Shown piece after piece: positions 1 through 9,453 of a stretch of 61,583 bases of DNA. Position numbers and translations under genes: made by a program. This DNA is from an uncultured delta proteobacterium (lineage in GTDB: Bacteria > Myxococcota_A > Polyangia > Polyangiales > Ga0077539). Each line of letters starts with the position of its first letter. Positions within the stretch are counted from its first letter, which is position 1. The notes below the pieces were generated by a model. That model had not been told where the DNA came from and did no database searches. It saw only the letters and a list, made by a program, of their open reading frames with translations. The stretch spans positions 1-61,583 of the forward strand of contig CAIMWA010000683.1 in NCBI GenBank assembly GCA_903845045.1, written 5' to 3'.

Positions 1-354
1 AACATCTCGAAGATCTACCAGGGCGAGACCTCGTACTTCAACCAGTCGTCGGAGAACAGCATCGCCAGCTTCGCCTCCGCCGGCCCGACGCCGTCCGGCT
101 CGCCGACCGCTTCGAAGTTCCCGGCCCAGCCCACCTCCTTCGTGGGCGACACGGGCTGGAGCGCCGTGGGCTTCTCCGTCGATCAGCCGCTGTACTTCCA
201 GTACACGGCGTCCGGCAGCGCCTCGGCCTTCACGGCCGACGCCAACGGCGACCTCGACGGCGACGGCATCACCTCGCTCTTCCGCCGCTCGGCCGCGCTC
301 AACGGCGGCGAGATCCAGGGCACGCAGATCGCGATCACCAACGAGCTCGAGTGA
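1..354 (+). CDS. Type IV pilin (PilA-like), C-terminal part; 5' end outside window
   Basis: Frame 1 is open from base 1 (NISKIYQGETSYF...W..VGF...PLYFQY...F.A.A.GDLDGDG..S.F). This pattern resembles myxobacterial major pilin C-domains. The N-terminal prepilin motif is not visible. Confidence 0.7.
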   Translation, partial: NISKIYQGETSYFNQSSENSIASFASAGPTPSGSPTASKFPAQPTSFVGDTGWSAVGFSVDQPLYFQYTASGSASAFTADANGDLDGDGITSLFRRSAALNGGEIQGTQIAITNELE

Positions 355-391
355 TCGGCGCCGCGGCCCTCGCGGGTCGCGGTGAATCCGC

Positions 392-1597
392 TCAGTCGAC
401 GAACGCGACCTCCGCGAGCCCTGCGTGGCTCGTCGGAGGTCCGTTCATTTCAGCGACCCCCAGCCGCACCGCATGGCACGGGCCCATGGGCCGCGGGAGC
501 AGCACGCGCTGCGGACCGTCGACGTCGGCGAGAAGGACCGTCGCGCGGTCCATGGCCGTGAGCGTGCGGGCGTTGCCCTCGAGGTCGAGGCACGTCACGT
601 CGAGGCGCCGCACGTGCGCGGTGCCCGGAGCCGTCGGTCCACCCTGCACCACCAGCGCCCGCAGCCGGCCGAGGCGCCGCGTGGGCACCTGCAGCCACTC
701 GCCGACGCCGCCGTGCGCGCCCTGGTCGATCCACGCGGTGCCCGGGTCGCCGTCGAGGGCCATGGCGCCGAGGTGCGCGAGCGCGCCGCCGGGTAGCGCC
801 GAGCTCTGCTGCACCAGCGAGCCGTCATCGCGGCGCGGGGTCACGCTCTCGCCCTGCTGACCGTTGCCGTAGTCCCACAGGAACAACGGCCGCCCGGCGC
901 TCGGGGTCACGGCGACGTCGAGGGGCACGTGCACGTCGTCGTGCGTGGTGGGGCGCAGCGCCGTGAAGCGCCGCAGCACCTGCGGACCGCCGTCCCATAG
1001 GTCGATCTCGCCGGCGCCGATGGAGCCGGCCCACTGCGCGCCGGTGTGGAGAACATACTCGGCGGAGTAAACGAGGCTCTGGTTGGTGTTCGTCGCCGTG
1101 GTGACGACGCCGGCGTTGGCGACGTAGAGGTTGCGCAGCGACGTCTCGCCGGTCGCGAAGGGCACGGTGAAGACGAACCAGCGGGCGTACGGTCCATCGC
1201 CGGGGAGCGTCTGCACGGGGAGCGGAGGCCCCCCGACGTCGGCGGCGAAGGCCTCGAGGATGGCGTGCGTGGTCACGCGGCCAGGGCCGCACTCGTAGCC
1301 GCAGTCGCGCTCGACGATGCGCCCGCGGAGCTCGGGAAAGCCCACGAGGAGCGACGCCGGCGCGCCGGGGTTGGCGAAGGCGTAGCGCACGTTGACGAAG
1401 AGCCGCACGACGCCGCCGTCGAGGAAGGGCACCAGCGACACGCGCTCCCGCGCCATGCCGATCTCCGTGTGCTGCCGCGGCACCACGGACACGACGCGGC
1501 CGAGCTCGTCGCGGCGCTCGCGCATCCACGCGCCGTCGCCGAGCGAGGCCGTGGAGTGGAGCGCGACGGAGAGGACCACTGCGGTGCGTGCGTTCAT
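392..1597 (-). CDS. Secreted protein, DUF4424-like N-domain plus C-terminal discoidin/F5-8-like glycan-binding domain
   Basis: ATG at 1597 overlaps the upstream stop (ATGA). Signal-like N-terminus. 'VRYAFANP...LLVGFP' and 'YVLHTGAQWAGSIG' are DUF4424-like; 'ALDGDPGTAW...GVGEWL' is discoidin-like. Confidence 0.6.
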   Translation of the reverse strand: MNARTAVVLSVALHSTASLGDGAWMRERRDELGRVVSVVPRQHTEIGMARERVSLVPFLDGGVVRLFVNVRYAFANPGAPASLLVGFPELRGRIVERDCGYECGPGRVTTHAILEAFAADVGGPPLPVQTLPGDGPYARWFVFTVPFATGETSLRNLYVANAGVVTTATNTNQSLVYSAEYVLHTGAQWAGSIGAGEIDLWDGGPQVLRRFTALRPTTHDDVHVPLDVAVTPSAGRPLFLWDYGNGQQGESVTPRRDDGSLVQQSSALPGGALAHLGAMALDGDPGTAWIDQGAHGGVGEWLQVPTRRLGRLRALVVQGGPTAPGTAHVRRLDVTCLDLEGNARTLTAMDRATVLLADVDGPQRVLLPRPMGPCHAVRLGVAEMNGPPTSHAGLAEVAFVD

Positions 1598-2763
1598 GGC
1601 GAGGCGTCCCCGGGGAAGATGGCCGCGAGGGCGGCGTCGACGAGATGCGGGCGTTGCGTGCGGTGGCTGCGCAGGGCGGGGCCGGCGTCGCGCGCGGCGG
1701 GGCCGATGCGGCCGAGGGCCCAGGTCGCGAGGAACGGGACGTCTCCGTCGGCGTCGGCGTCGTCGAGGGCCGCGACGAGCGCCGGCACCGCCGTGACCGC
1801 GGCATCGCCCAGGTGCACGAGCGCCTCCGCGGCGTCGCGACGCACCGCGCGGCGCGGGTCCACCAGGGCCGCGACGACCACGGGCACCGCCGGCGGGCCG
1901 AGGTCCTCGACCTCGCGGAAGAACGGCGTGCGGTCGGGGACCGTGTGCAGCGCGGCGAGGCGCGCGCCGAGGTCCGCGGGCACCGGAGGAGGCGGCGGGA
2001 ACGCGCCGCAGCGCGGGAGCTCCCACGCGCGCACGACGCGGCCGCGGGCGTCGACGAACTGCCACACGTGCTCCTCCCACTGCGGCTCGCGGAGGCGCTG
2101 CGGGGCGTCGTCCCAGCGGTGGCGGATGGGAAAATTGAGGTCGTCGACGGCCGCGCCGTAGAGCACCGCCAGGGCGAGGTCGTCGAGGCCGTCGGGTACG
2201 CGACGCGGAGGGTGCCGGTACTGGTCCCGCTCGAAGCCCTCGTGCACCTCGTAGCTCCCGTGCACGCGCGCGCCGAGGCGCTGCAGCCGCGCCCGCTGCA
2301 CCCGCGCCACGCCGCAACGGAACGGCTGCGCGCGCTCGAAGGGACCCGCGATGCGCACGGCGCCGGTGCGGTCGACGTAGCTCCAGCCGTCGCCGTCGCG
2401 CGCCGCCGCGAGGCCCTCGGAGAAGCCGTCGGCGTCGACGAAGCGCGGGGCGACGACGGTGTTTCCGGCGGCGTCGATCCAGCCCCAGCGGCCGCCGCGA
2501 CGCACCGCCGCGAGGCCCTCGGCGAAGGGCTCGACCCACTCGTAGGCGGGCGGCACCACCATGCGCCCGTCGCCCGCGGCGAAGCCCCAGCCGCCGTCGA
2601 CCTCGGTGCGCGCGAGCACCGGCGGCCCTGCGTCCCGGGCAGGCGCGGCGGCGGCGTGCGTGGACGCGTCGACGCGGCGATCGCTCGGGCGCCCGCACCC
2701 CGCGACGGTCGCGAGCGCCGCGACGGCCAAGGCCCCGCGCGCCCCTCGTCGCAGCAGCTTCAC
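1594..2763 (-). CDS. Lipoprotein with WG repeats and C-terminal HEAT repeats
   Basis: GTG at 2763 overlaps the upstream TGA. Lipobox VAGC. Repeats 'F.EGLAAV...G.WG.ID..G'. HEAT-like 'VRRDAAEALVHLG...AVPALVAAL'. Confidence 0.75.
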   Translation of the reverse strand: MKLLRRGARGALAVAALATVAGCGRPSDRRVDASTHAAAAPARDAGPPVLARTEVDGGWGFAAGDGRMVVPPAYEWVEPFAEGLAAVRRGGRWGWIDAAGNTVVAPRFVDADGFSEGLAAARDGDGWSYVDRTGAVRIAGPFERAQPFRCGVARVQRARLQRLGARVHGSYEVHEGFERDQYRHPPRRVPDGLDDLALAVLYGAAVDDLNFPIRHRWDDAPQRLREPQWEEHVWQFVDARGRVVRAWELPRCGAFPPPPPVPADLGARLAALHTVPDRTPFFREVEDLGPPAVPVVVAALVDPRRAVRRDAAEALVHLGDAAVTAVPALVAALDDADADGDVPFLATWALGRIGPAARDAGPALRSHRTQRPHLVDAALAAIFPGDASP

Positions 2764-4271
2764 CGCGCCGACCGGCGCCGGCGCCGCACCGCCGCGAGGG
2801 CCAGCAACGACGCGACGGAACCACCGGCACCGCCCGTTCGCGCACCGCCCGCGCGGCAACTGCAGCCCCCGTCGTCCTCGGTCATCACGTACAACCCGGC
2901 GTCGGCCACCGCCGCGCCCGCGTCGAGGGCGCTCCCGGCGTCCCGCGCTCGAACCCCGGCGTCGGCGCCCGCGTCGCGCACGACCCCCGCGTCGGGCCGC
3001 ACCCCGGCGTCCGGAGGCGGCGCTCCACACTGACCGCGGCTGCACACGCCCCCTTGCGGACACACGGCGTGGGCGCACGTGTCGACGCACGCGCCCGACG
3101 CGCAGTCGAAGCCGTCGGGGCACGTCACGCCGGTGCACGCCGTGTCGCGGCATCGCCCGTCGGAGAAGCACGCCTGGCCGCTGGGGCACGCGTGGCACGG
3201 GCACCGCGTCGTGCACACGCCCGCCACGCACACCTGCTCGGCGTCGCACGTCAGCCCCGCGCACGGGTCGACGCAGCGCCCGACGCGGCACACCTGCCCC
3301 GTCGGACACGTGATGCCCTCGCACGCCGCGTGGCAGGTTCCGCCGCGGCACACCTCGCCGCTCGGACACGTGACCGTGGTGCACGACGCCTCGGCGCAGG
3401 TGCCCGCGGCGGTGCAGGTGAAGCCGGGCGCGCAGCCGAGCTCCTGCGTGCAGCGGTCGAGGCACACGCCGCGGTCGCACACCTGCGACGCGGGACACAG
3501 CCCCATGCCGTCGTCGACGGTGCCGTTGCAGTCGTTGTCGACGCCGTCGCAGCGCTCGGCGCCGGGCGTCACCGTCTGCACGCACGCGAGGCGCCCGTCG
3601 TGGCACTGCCGCACGCCCTGCGCGCAGGCCCCGGGCTGGCCCGTGTCGCACGCGTCGCCGCCGCCCGCGCACACCAGGTTGTCGACCAGCACCAGAAGGT
3701 CCTGGAAGTCGTTGTCGCCGCCGCCGAAGAGGTCCTCCCAGGCGAAGATGAAGGCGTTGGGCGTGACCCGCGAGTCGTAGATGAGCAGGTGGATGAACCC
3801 CATGCTCACCGCCGTGTCGGGCTGGTAGCTCCGCTCCGAGTAGTACGTGTACGGCGGCGGCGTGCGGAGGTAGAAGCCGATCTGCCCGCCGCGGAAATCG
3901 GGGTTTCCGCGAAAGTCGAGGGTCGCCGTGAAGCCCACCGGGTCCGACGGCCCCACGAGCTGGTGCAGGTCGCTCGGCGCCGGCGCCGCCCCGGGAACGA
4001 CGTTGTACCAACCGAACGCGTCGGCGTAGCCCGAGTCGCGGCCGAGCACGCGAAAGCGGATGGAGCATCCCGGCATGAAGCGCTCCGGCGTCACCGCGGC
4101 GTCGCGCGACACGTCGATGCCCGTCTGCCCCGCCATGTCGAGGTACTGCTGCAACGACGGCGCGCCGCTCGACGGCTGCGGGATCGCCGTCCCGTCGGGC
4201 TGGTGGAGCTGCGCCGACGCCGTCGTGCTCGACAGCCACACCGCCCACCCCACCGCCGTCGCCGCGCGCAT
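2760..4271 (-). CDS. MYXO-CTERM surface protein with DUF4114-like domain, metal-binding motif and Cys-rich repeats
   Basis: 'FAWEDLFGGGDNDFQDLLV' (DUF4114-like), 'ERCDGVDNDCNGTVDD', multiple Cys-rich repeats, and C-terminal GGCSC...hydrophobic helix...RRRR. Confidence 0.8.
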   Translation of the reverse strand: MRAATAVGWAVWLSSTTASAQLHQPDGTAIPQPSSGAPSLQQYLDMAGQTGIDVSRDAAVTPERFMPGCSIRFRVLGRDSGYADAFGWYNVVPGAAPAPSDLHQLVGPSDPVGFTATLDFRGNPDFRGGQIGFYLRTPPPYTYYSERSYQPDTAVSMGFIHLLIYDSRVTPNAFIFAWEDLFGGGDNDFQDLLVLVDNLVCAGGGDACDTGQPGACAQGVRQCHDGRLACVQTVTPGAERCDGVDNDCNGTVDDGMGLCPASQVCDRGVCLDRCTQELGCAPGFTCTAAGTCAEASCTTVTCPSGEVCRGGTCHAACEGITCPTGQVCRVGRCVDPCAGLTCDAEQVCVAGVCTTRCPCHACPSGQACFSDGRCRDTACTGVTCPDGFDCASGACVDTCAHAVCPQGGVCSRGQCGAPPPDAGVRPDAGVVRDAGADAGVRARDAGSALDAGAAVADAGLYVMTEDDGGCSCRAGGARTGGAGGSVASLLALAAVRRRRRSAR

Positions 4272-4368
4272 GCGTCGACGTTCGGCCCCGCGCCGGGGCC
4301 GTGTCAACGCGATGCACCGCACTGCGACGAGGTTGACGCAGTTCACGATACGAGACAGAATCGATGAT

Positions 4369-5502
4369 ATGTCGGAAAGTTTCAGCATAGCGTCGGTGCC
4401 ACGCATCGAGGCGCGGGACGGGGTCCTGCGGGTGTGGCTCGACGCGGGCGACGACGGGTACGTCGACCTGCACCATCGGTTTCTTCGGCACCACGCGGGC
4501 ACGGACCGGCATCCGAAGACCGGTGAGCGCACGCTCTGCTCGTCGGAGCTCGCCGACGACGTCGCCCCCACCGACGCGCGCGTCGACGCGGCCAGCGGCG
4601 ACCTCGTGGTGACCTGGGACGGCGGCGCGACGGTGGCGCGGTACACCCCCGCGTGGCTGCGCGAGGTGGCCTACGGGCGCGTGGACCCCGGCGTCGCGCC
4701 CCCGCCCTCGGACGCCGCGCGGTTCACCGTCGACGCCGAGGCCATCGGAGACCTTCGGGCCGTGGTGGCCGAGGCCCTCGCGCGGGTGCGTCGCGACGGG
4801 CTCGTCATCGTGCGCGGCGGGGCGCGGCGCCCCACGCCGGTGGAGGCCACGGAGCCGCTCATCGAGGCGTTCCTGGCCGCCGGGCTCACCGTGCGGGAGA
4901 CGCATTTCGGGCGCATCGAGGACCTGCGCCCGGACAACACCACCAACGCCAACAACGACCAGCTCGGGTACACCGACGCGCCCATCGACCTGCACACGGA
5001 CCAGCCGTTCATCGACGATCCCCCGCGGTTCCAGCTCTTGCAGGGCGTGGTGCCGGCCACCGAGGGGGGCGAGAACGCCTTCGTCGACGCGTTCCTCGCC
5101 GCGCGGTGGTTTCGCGCGCACGAGGAGGCCGACCACGCGCTGCTCGCCACCACGCCGGTGCGCCTGCACCGCAAGCAGAAGGCCTTCGAGAGCATCGTCG
5201 ACGCGCCGACGCTTTACTACCCCGGCGGCTGGGACGACCCGGCGGGGTTCCGCGTGCGCTACTCGTACTTCACGCTCGCGCCGTTCCGCGTGCCCTTCGC
5301 GCGCATGGCGGCGTTCTACCGGGCCTTCGACCGCTTCGCGCGGCTCGTGCGCGACCCGCGGAACCAGGTCGTCGCGCGCCTCGAGGCCGGCGACTTCGTG
5401 CTCTACGACAACCACCGCGTGCTGCACGCGCGCAAGCCGTTCCGCGGACCGCGCTGGGTGCGCGGGATCTACTTCGACGAGGGCGCGGTCACCGCGCGAT
5501 GA
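4369..5502 (+). CDS. TauD/TfdA-family Fe(II)/2OG dioxygenase, gamma-butyrobetaine hydroxylase-like
   Basis: HTD motif (LHTDQPF), DNHRVLHAR, and an N-terminal GBBH/DUF971-like domain. Start could be a few codons downstream. Confidence 0.85.
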   Translation: MSESFSIASVPRIEARDGVLRVWLDAGDDGYVDLHHRFLRHHAGTDRHPKTGERTLCSSELADDVAPTDARVDAASGDLVVTWDGGATVARYTPAWLREVAYGRVDPGVAPPPSDAARFTVDAEAIGDLRAVVAEALARVRRDGLVIVRGGARRPTPVEATEPLIEAFLAAGLTVRETHFGRIEDLRPDNTTNANNDQLGYTDAPIDLHTDQPFIDDPPRFQLLQGVVPATEGGENAFVDAFLAARWFRAHEEADHALLATTPVRLHRKQKAFESIVDAPTLYYPGGWDDPAGFRVRYSYFTLAPFRVPFARMAAFYRAFDRFARLVRDPRNQVVARLEAGDFVLYDNHRVLHARKPFRGPRWVRGIYFDEGAVTAR

Positions 5503-6583
5503 TCGGCTCCACCTCGCGGTAGACCCGGCGCCGCCACGCCGCCAGCGCCGTCTCGCCGCGCATCATCTTCGCGGTCTCGTCGAGCACCGTCGCGATGGGC
5601 GTGAGCACCACGCTCGGGTCGTACGCCGTCGGCGCGCCGTCGACGCCGGCACCGAGCCAGCCGGCCATGAAGTCCTGCTCGCCGTCGGCCAGCGCGCGCA
5701 CCGCGGCGTTGCAGAGCCGCGCCGCGAGAAGCCGGTCGAAGGCCGTCGGCGAGCCCCCGCGCACCACGTGTCCGAGCACGGTGATGCGCGTGTCGACGTC
5801 GGGAACGCGCGCCGCGAGCCGCGCCTCGACCTCGCGCTTGAGCACCGCGAGATCGACCCGCGCGCCCTCGGCCTTGATGACGAGCACCCGCCTCCGCGCG
5901 GACTTTCCCTCGTAGGCGCGAAGCACGACGTCGGTCACGTGCGCGATGCGGTCGGCCTCGCTGCGGTCGACCTCGGGGACCAGCACCGCGTCGGCGCCCG
6001 CGGCGATGCCCGCCGTCATCGCGAGGTAGCCGCAGTCGCGCCCCATCACCTCGATGAAGAACGTGCGGTGGTGCGCGCTCGCCGTGTCGTCGATGCGGTC
6101 GATGGCCTCGACGATGGTGTTCATCGCCGTGTCGACGCCGAGCGCCATCGACGTGCACCCGAGGTCGTTGTCGATGCTCGCGGGAACGCCCGCCACGGCC
6201 AGCGTTCCCCCCTCGTCGGTGCGCGCGCCGAGGAGGCTGCGCGCGCCCGCGAGGGAGCCGTTGCCGCCGATGACCACGAGCCCGCGGAGCCCCAGCGCCA
6301 CGACCTTTTCCCGCGCCCGCGCCTGCCCCTCGGGCGTCGGAAACACCTTGGATCGTGCGGTTCCTAGCACCGTGCCGCCGCGCCGCGCGGCGTCGTCGAG
6401 CACCGCGAGGTCCATGGTCCGCACGCGCCCCTCGAGGAGCCCCGTGTAGCCGTCCTCGACGCCCACGACGTCGAGCCCGAGCTCGGCACCCACGCGCGCC
6501 ACCGCCCGCAGCGCGGCGTTCATCCCCGGCGCATCGCCGCCCGACGTGAGCACCCCCAGCCGATCGCCTCGCCGCAGTCCCAT
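5489..6583 (-). CDS. pfkA: 6-phosphofructokinase (PfkA family)
   Basis: TSGGDAPGMNAA, SIDND, EVMGR and GHVVRGG motifs. Confidence 0.92.
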   Translation of the reverse strand: MGLRRGDRLGVLTSGGDAPGMNAALRAVARVGAELGLDVVGVEDGYTGLLEGRVRTMDLAVLDDAARRGGTVLGTARSKVFPTPEGQARAREKVVALGLRGLVVIGGNGSLAGARSLLGARTDEGGTLAVAGVPASIDNDLGCTSMALGVDTAMNTIVEAIDRIDDTASAHHRTFFIEVMGRDCGYLAMTAGIAAGADAVLVPEVDRSEADRIAHVTDVVLRAYEGKSARRRVLVIKAEGARVDLAVLKREVEARLAARVPDVDTRITVLGHVVRGGSPTAFDRLLAARLCNAAVRALADGEQDFMAGWLGAGVDGAPTAYDPSVVLTPIATVLDETAKMMRGETALAAWRRRVYREVEPIIAR

Positions 6584-6616
6584 CGCGCCTCCGTGTGAGG
6601 GCGCACGGTACCGCAT

Positions 6617-7819
6617 TCAGCGCGGCGCAGGCAGCGGTCCGCTGGCCTCGAGGGCGACGCGCGAGCGCACGTTCACCTGCCCCGGAACCTCGACGCGGAA
6701 CCACCCGCGGCTCTCGTCGAAGCCCCCGCCGATGCTCGGCGTGAAGAGCCTGCGCGTGGCGACGACGGTGAAGCTCCAGCGCGAGCGGCGCCCCCCGGGA
6801 AGCGGCGCGGCCTCGACGGCCTCGGCCCCGTGGCGCACGGCCTCCTCGGCGGCGCGGTCGAAGGTCGGAATGCCCGAGGCGTGCACGAGGCGCACGGCGA
6901 CGATGCGGCCGGTGTCGTCCTGGTCGACCTCGAGCTCGGCGCGGGTGGTGCGCACGTTGCGGCGCCACGACTCGTCGAGGTTCCCCGGCGGCGGCGGCGG
7001 ACGGCCGTTCAAGCCCTGCCCGTACACCCCTCCCATGGCCTCGATGGCGTCCGCCGCGCCCCCTTCGCGCGGGGCCGGGGCCTCGAGCACCTGCCGCTGC
7101 CGCCGTGCGATGCGCTCCCCGAAGATGCGCAGCGCGCGCTCCGGTGGAATGAACCCCGCCAGCAGCGTCTCGGCGAGGTTCGGCACGCGCACCACGCCGG
7201 GCCGCCACGCCTCGGCGACGTGCCGGCGCAGACCCCAGAAATACCCGCGCACGCCTGGGGCCTCGCGCACCGTGCTGTCGGCCAGCGCCTGCCGCAGAAA
7301 GCCCCCGCTCGCGGCTTGCACGCGCTCCCCCTCGGTCCCCTCGGTGCCATGAAACACGGCGCCCCGCCCCGCGGGACCCTCGTGCGCGGGCTGCGTCGAC
7401 GGCGGCAGCGCGAAGGTGTCGAGGCGCGGGCGCAGCAGGTCCGTGGCGCGCAGCACCGGCGCGGGGGGAGGCGGTGCCGTCGGAGCGGGCGCGGGCAGCG
7501 GCGCGGGAGCCGTCGGAGCGGGCGATACCGGAGCCGGGGCGACGGGGTGCGGCGAAGGCCGTGGCGAAGGCGACGGAACGACGCGCGCAGCCGACGGCGG
7601 CGGTGGAGCGATGATCGGCGCAGGCACCGGAGGCACGGGCTCGGGCGCGGGTGCCGGCGGCGCCTCGAGGGAGAGCTCCACCGTCGACGCGGCCACCACC
7701 GGCGGAGTCGTCGATGCTGTGCGAGGCAACGACGCGAGCACCGCGCAGACCACGGCGTGCGCCGCGAGCGACGCGAGGAGACCGCGCGGTCGCAGGCCGG
7801 GTGCCATCGCCGCAACCAT
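6617..7819 (-). CDS. TonB-family protein (TM anchor, Pro-rich linker, TonB/TolA-like C-domain)
   Basis: 'SLAAHAVVCAVL' anchor, long Pro-rich stretch, and C-terminal 'GRIVAVRLVHASGIPTFDRAAEEAV'. Confidence 0.65.
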   Translation of the reverse strand: MVAAMAPGLRPRGLLASLAAHAVVCAVLASLPRTASTTPPVVAASTVELSLEAPPAPAPEPVPPVPAPIIAPPPPSAARVVPSPSPRPSPHPVAPAPVSPAPTAPAPLPAPAPTAPPPPAPVLRATDLLRPRLDTFALPPSTQPAHEGPAGRGAVFHGTEGTEGERVQAASGGFLRQALADSTVREAPGVRGYFWGLRRHVAEAWRPGVVRVPNLAETLLAGFIPPERALRIFGERIARRQRQVLEAPAPREGGAADAIEAMGGVYGQGLNGRPPPPPGNLDESWRRNVRTTRAELEVDQDDTGRIVAVRLVHASGIPTFDRAAEEAVRHGAEAVEAAPLPGGRRSRWSFTVVATRRLFTPSIGGGFDESRGWFRVEVPGQVNVRSRVALEASGPLPAPR

Positions 7820-7886
7820 GACACCCCGTCGCGCAATGGGCAGCTTCGTCGCGTCGGCGCGAGGGTCCGTGTTAGGCACCGCGGCG

Positions 7887-8621
7887 ATGAGCGCGCGACA
7901 CCTCCTCCTCGACAGCCCCGCCATGGGGCGCAAGGTGCACCTCTGGACCTACGGCGAGGTCGGACGCCCGCTCGTGGTGTTTCCGTCGAACGCCGGCGTG
8001 GCCCACGAGTGGCAGAAGAGCGGCATGATCGACGCTCTCGCGCCGCTGCTCGCCGCGGGCCGCATGAAGATCTACTGCCCCGAGACCAACGTCTCGCGCA
8101 GCTTCTCGGGCAAGGGGAGCATGGACGAGCGCATCGCCCACCACCACGCCTACGAGCGCTTCGTGCTCGAGACGCTGGTGCCGTTCATCCGCAACGACAG
8201 CCGTACGCCGGACGCGACGATGACCGCCACGGGGTGCAGCGTGGGCGCGCTCTACGCGTCGCTCTTCGTGCTCAAGCACCCCGAGACCTTCTCGCAGGCG
8301 CTCTGCCTCTCGGGCCGCTACCGCGCCAGCAAGTTCTTCGACGGCCGCGCGAACACCGACGTCTACTACAACGACCCGCTCGCCTTCGTGCCCAACCTCG
8401 AGGGCGCGGCGCTGCAGCGCGTGCGGGCCCGGGCGCACCTCGTCGTCGTCGTCGGCCGCGGCGCCCACGAGGACGGCTGCATCCCCGAGACCACCGAGTT
8501 CGGCACCTGGCTGCAGCGCAAGGAGATCCCGAACCACGTGGCCTTGTGGGGCCACGACAGCCGCCACGACTACACGTGGTGGGCGCGCCAGGCCTCGCAC
8601 TACCTGAACCAGCTCTTCTGA
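7887..8621 (+). CDS. Putative esterase (alpha/beta hydrolase)
   Basis: GCSVG (GxSxG) nucleophile elbow, 'WGHDSRHDYTWW' His region, and 'SPAMGRKV' N-terminus typical of the esterase family. Confidence 0.8.
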   Translation: MSARHLLLDSPAMGRKVHLWTYGEVGRPLVVFPSNAGVAHEWQKSGMIDALAPLLAAGRMKIYCPETNVSRSFSGKGSMDERIAHHHAYERFVLETLVPFIRNDSRTPDATMTATGCSVGALYASLFVLKHPETFSQALCLSGRYRASKFFDGRANTDVYYNDPLAFVPNLEGAALQRVRARAHLVVVVGRGAHEDGCIPETTEFGTWLQRKEIPNHVALWGHDSRHDYTWWARQASHYLNQLF

Positions 8622-8688
8622 CCCCCCGCTGGGGCGTGGGCCTGCGCTTTTTGCCGGGATTTCCCGCGCGCCGCGAGGGTGACAGACT

Positions 8689-8748
8689 ATGACCACGACA
8701 TGGTTGCATCCGAGCAGCGGTGGTCGCATGTTCAGTCCCGGAGGTTGA
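8689..8748 (+). other. Possible small upstream ORF (19 aa, MTTTWLHPSSGGRMFSPGG)
   Basis: ATG at 8689 preceded by GAGGGTG; stop ends 2 nt before the next ATG. Translation is unproven. Confidence 0.25.
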
Positions 8749-8750
8749 CG

Positions 8751-8831
8751 ATGGTCGATCACGAGGCGAGCGGTGCGGTTCGGCAGGGTCTCCCGGGGCT
8801 CCAGGTTCGCGGCACGCGGAGGGACGCGTGA
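8751..8831 (+). other. Possible small ORF (26 aa) coupled to the downstream CDS
   Basis: GGAGG 7 nt upstream of ATG 8751; its TGA overlaps the ATG at 8831 (TGATG). Confidence 0.3.
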
Positions 8832-9325
8832 TGGGCGCGGTGCAGCTCGCGCTCTTCGAGGTCCCTTCGGCGCGGAAGCCGTCGGTGCAGGCGCCCGGGG
8901 TGATGCCCGCGGTGGTTCCGGGTCCGCGACCGGCCAACGACGTCGCGCGGCCACTGCCGGGCGGGTCGTCCGAGGTCCAGGCGTTCCTAGCGGCGGCGGT
9001 GCGGGCCGAGGCGGCGGCATCGGCCGGGCGCTTCACGGCGGCCGACGAGGCCCTGGTCACGTCGGTGTGGTCCGTGGGCGGGCTGCCGTCGTCGGTGGCG
9101 CGGTCGCGGGTGCCGTCGGTGGCGCGCGAGTGGCTGGCCGCCGCCGCGACGCTGCGCGCCGAACGCCTGGCCCCGCACGAGCTCCGATCGCAGCTCTGCG
9201 TACGAAGCGCAGGAGCCGGCAGCCCCGAGACGCGGGCGCTGGCGCTGCACACCCTCTGCGCGCTGGCGACCCGCTCGGTGTCGCTCCGCAACCGCCTGCG
9301 CGACGGGGTGCGCGCGGCACGCTGA
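8831..9325 (+). CDS. Hypothetical protein with N-terminal QLALF motif
   Basis: Open frame MGAVQLALFEVP..., Pro-rich linker, then a predicted helical domain. No family recognised. Confidence 0.5.
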   Translation: MGAVQLALFEVPSARKPSVQAPGVMPAVVPGPRPANDVARPLPGGSSEVQAFLAAAVRAEAAASAGRFTAADEALVTSVWSVGGLPSSVARSRVPSVAREWLAAAATLRAERLAPHELRSQLCVRSAGAGSPETRALALHTLCALATRSVSLRNRLRDGVRAAR

Positions 9326-9453
9326 GCCAGCGCAGGTGCCGGTCATGGATTGCCGTCGTCGCGGGCATCCATGGTACGGACGTGCCGTGTCTCCGGTGGC
9401 CGATCACGGCGCCCCGGAGGATCCGGTTCCGTACCGACCCCGACGAGCCCGCC

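Noticed and set aside
8720-8737. Myxococcus-type LexA box (GTTCAG half-site) upstream of the QLALF gene
   Set aside because: The left half does not match CTRHAMRYBY.
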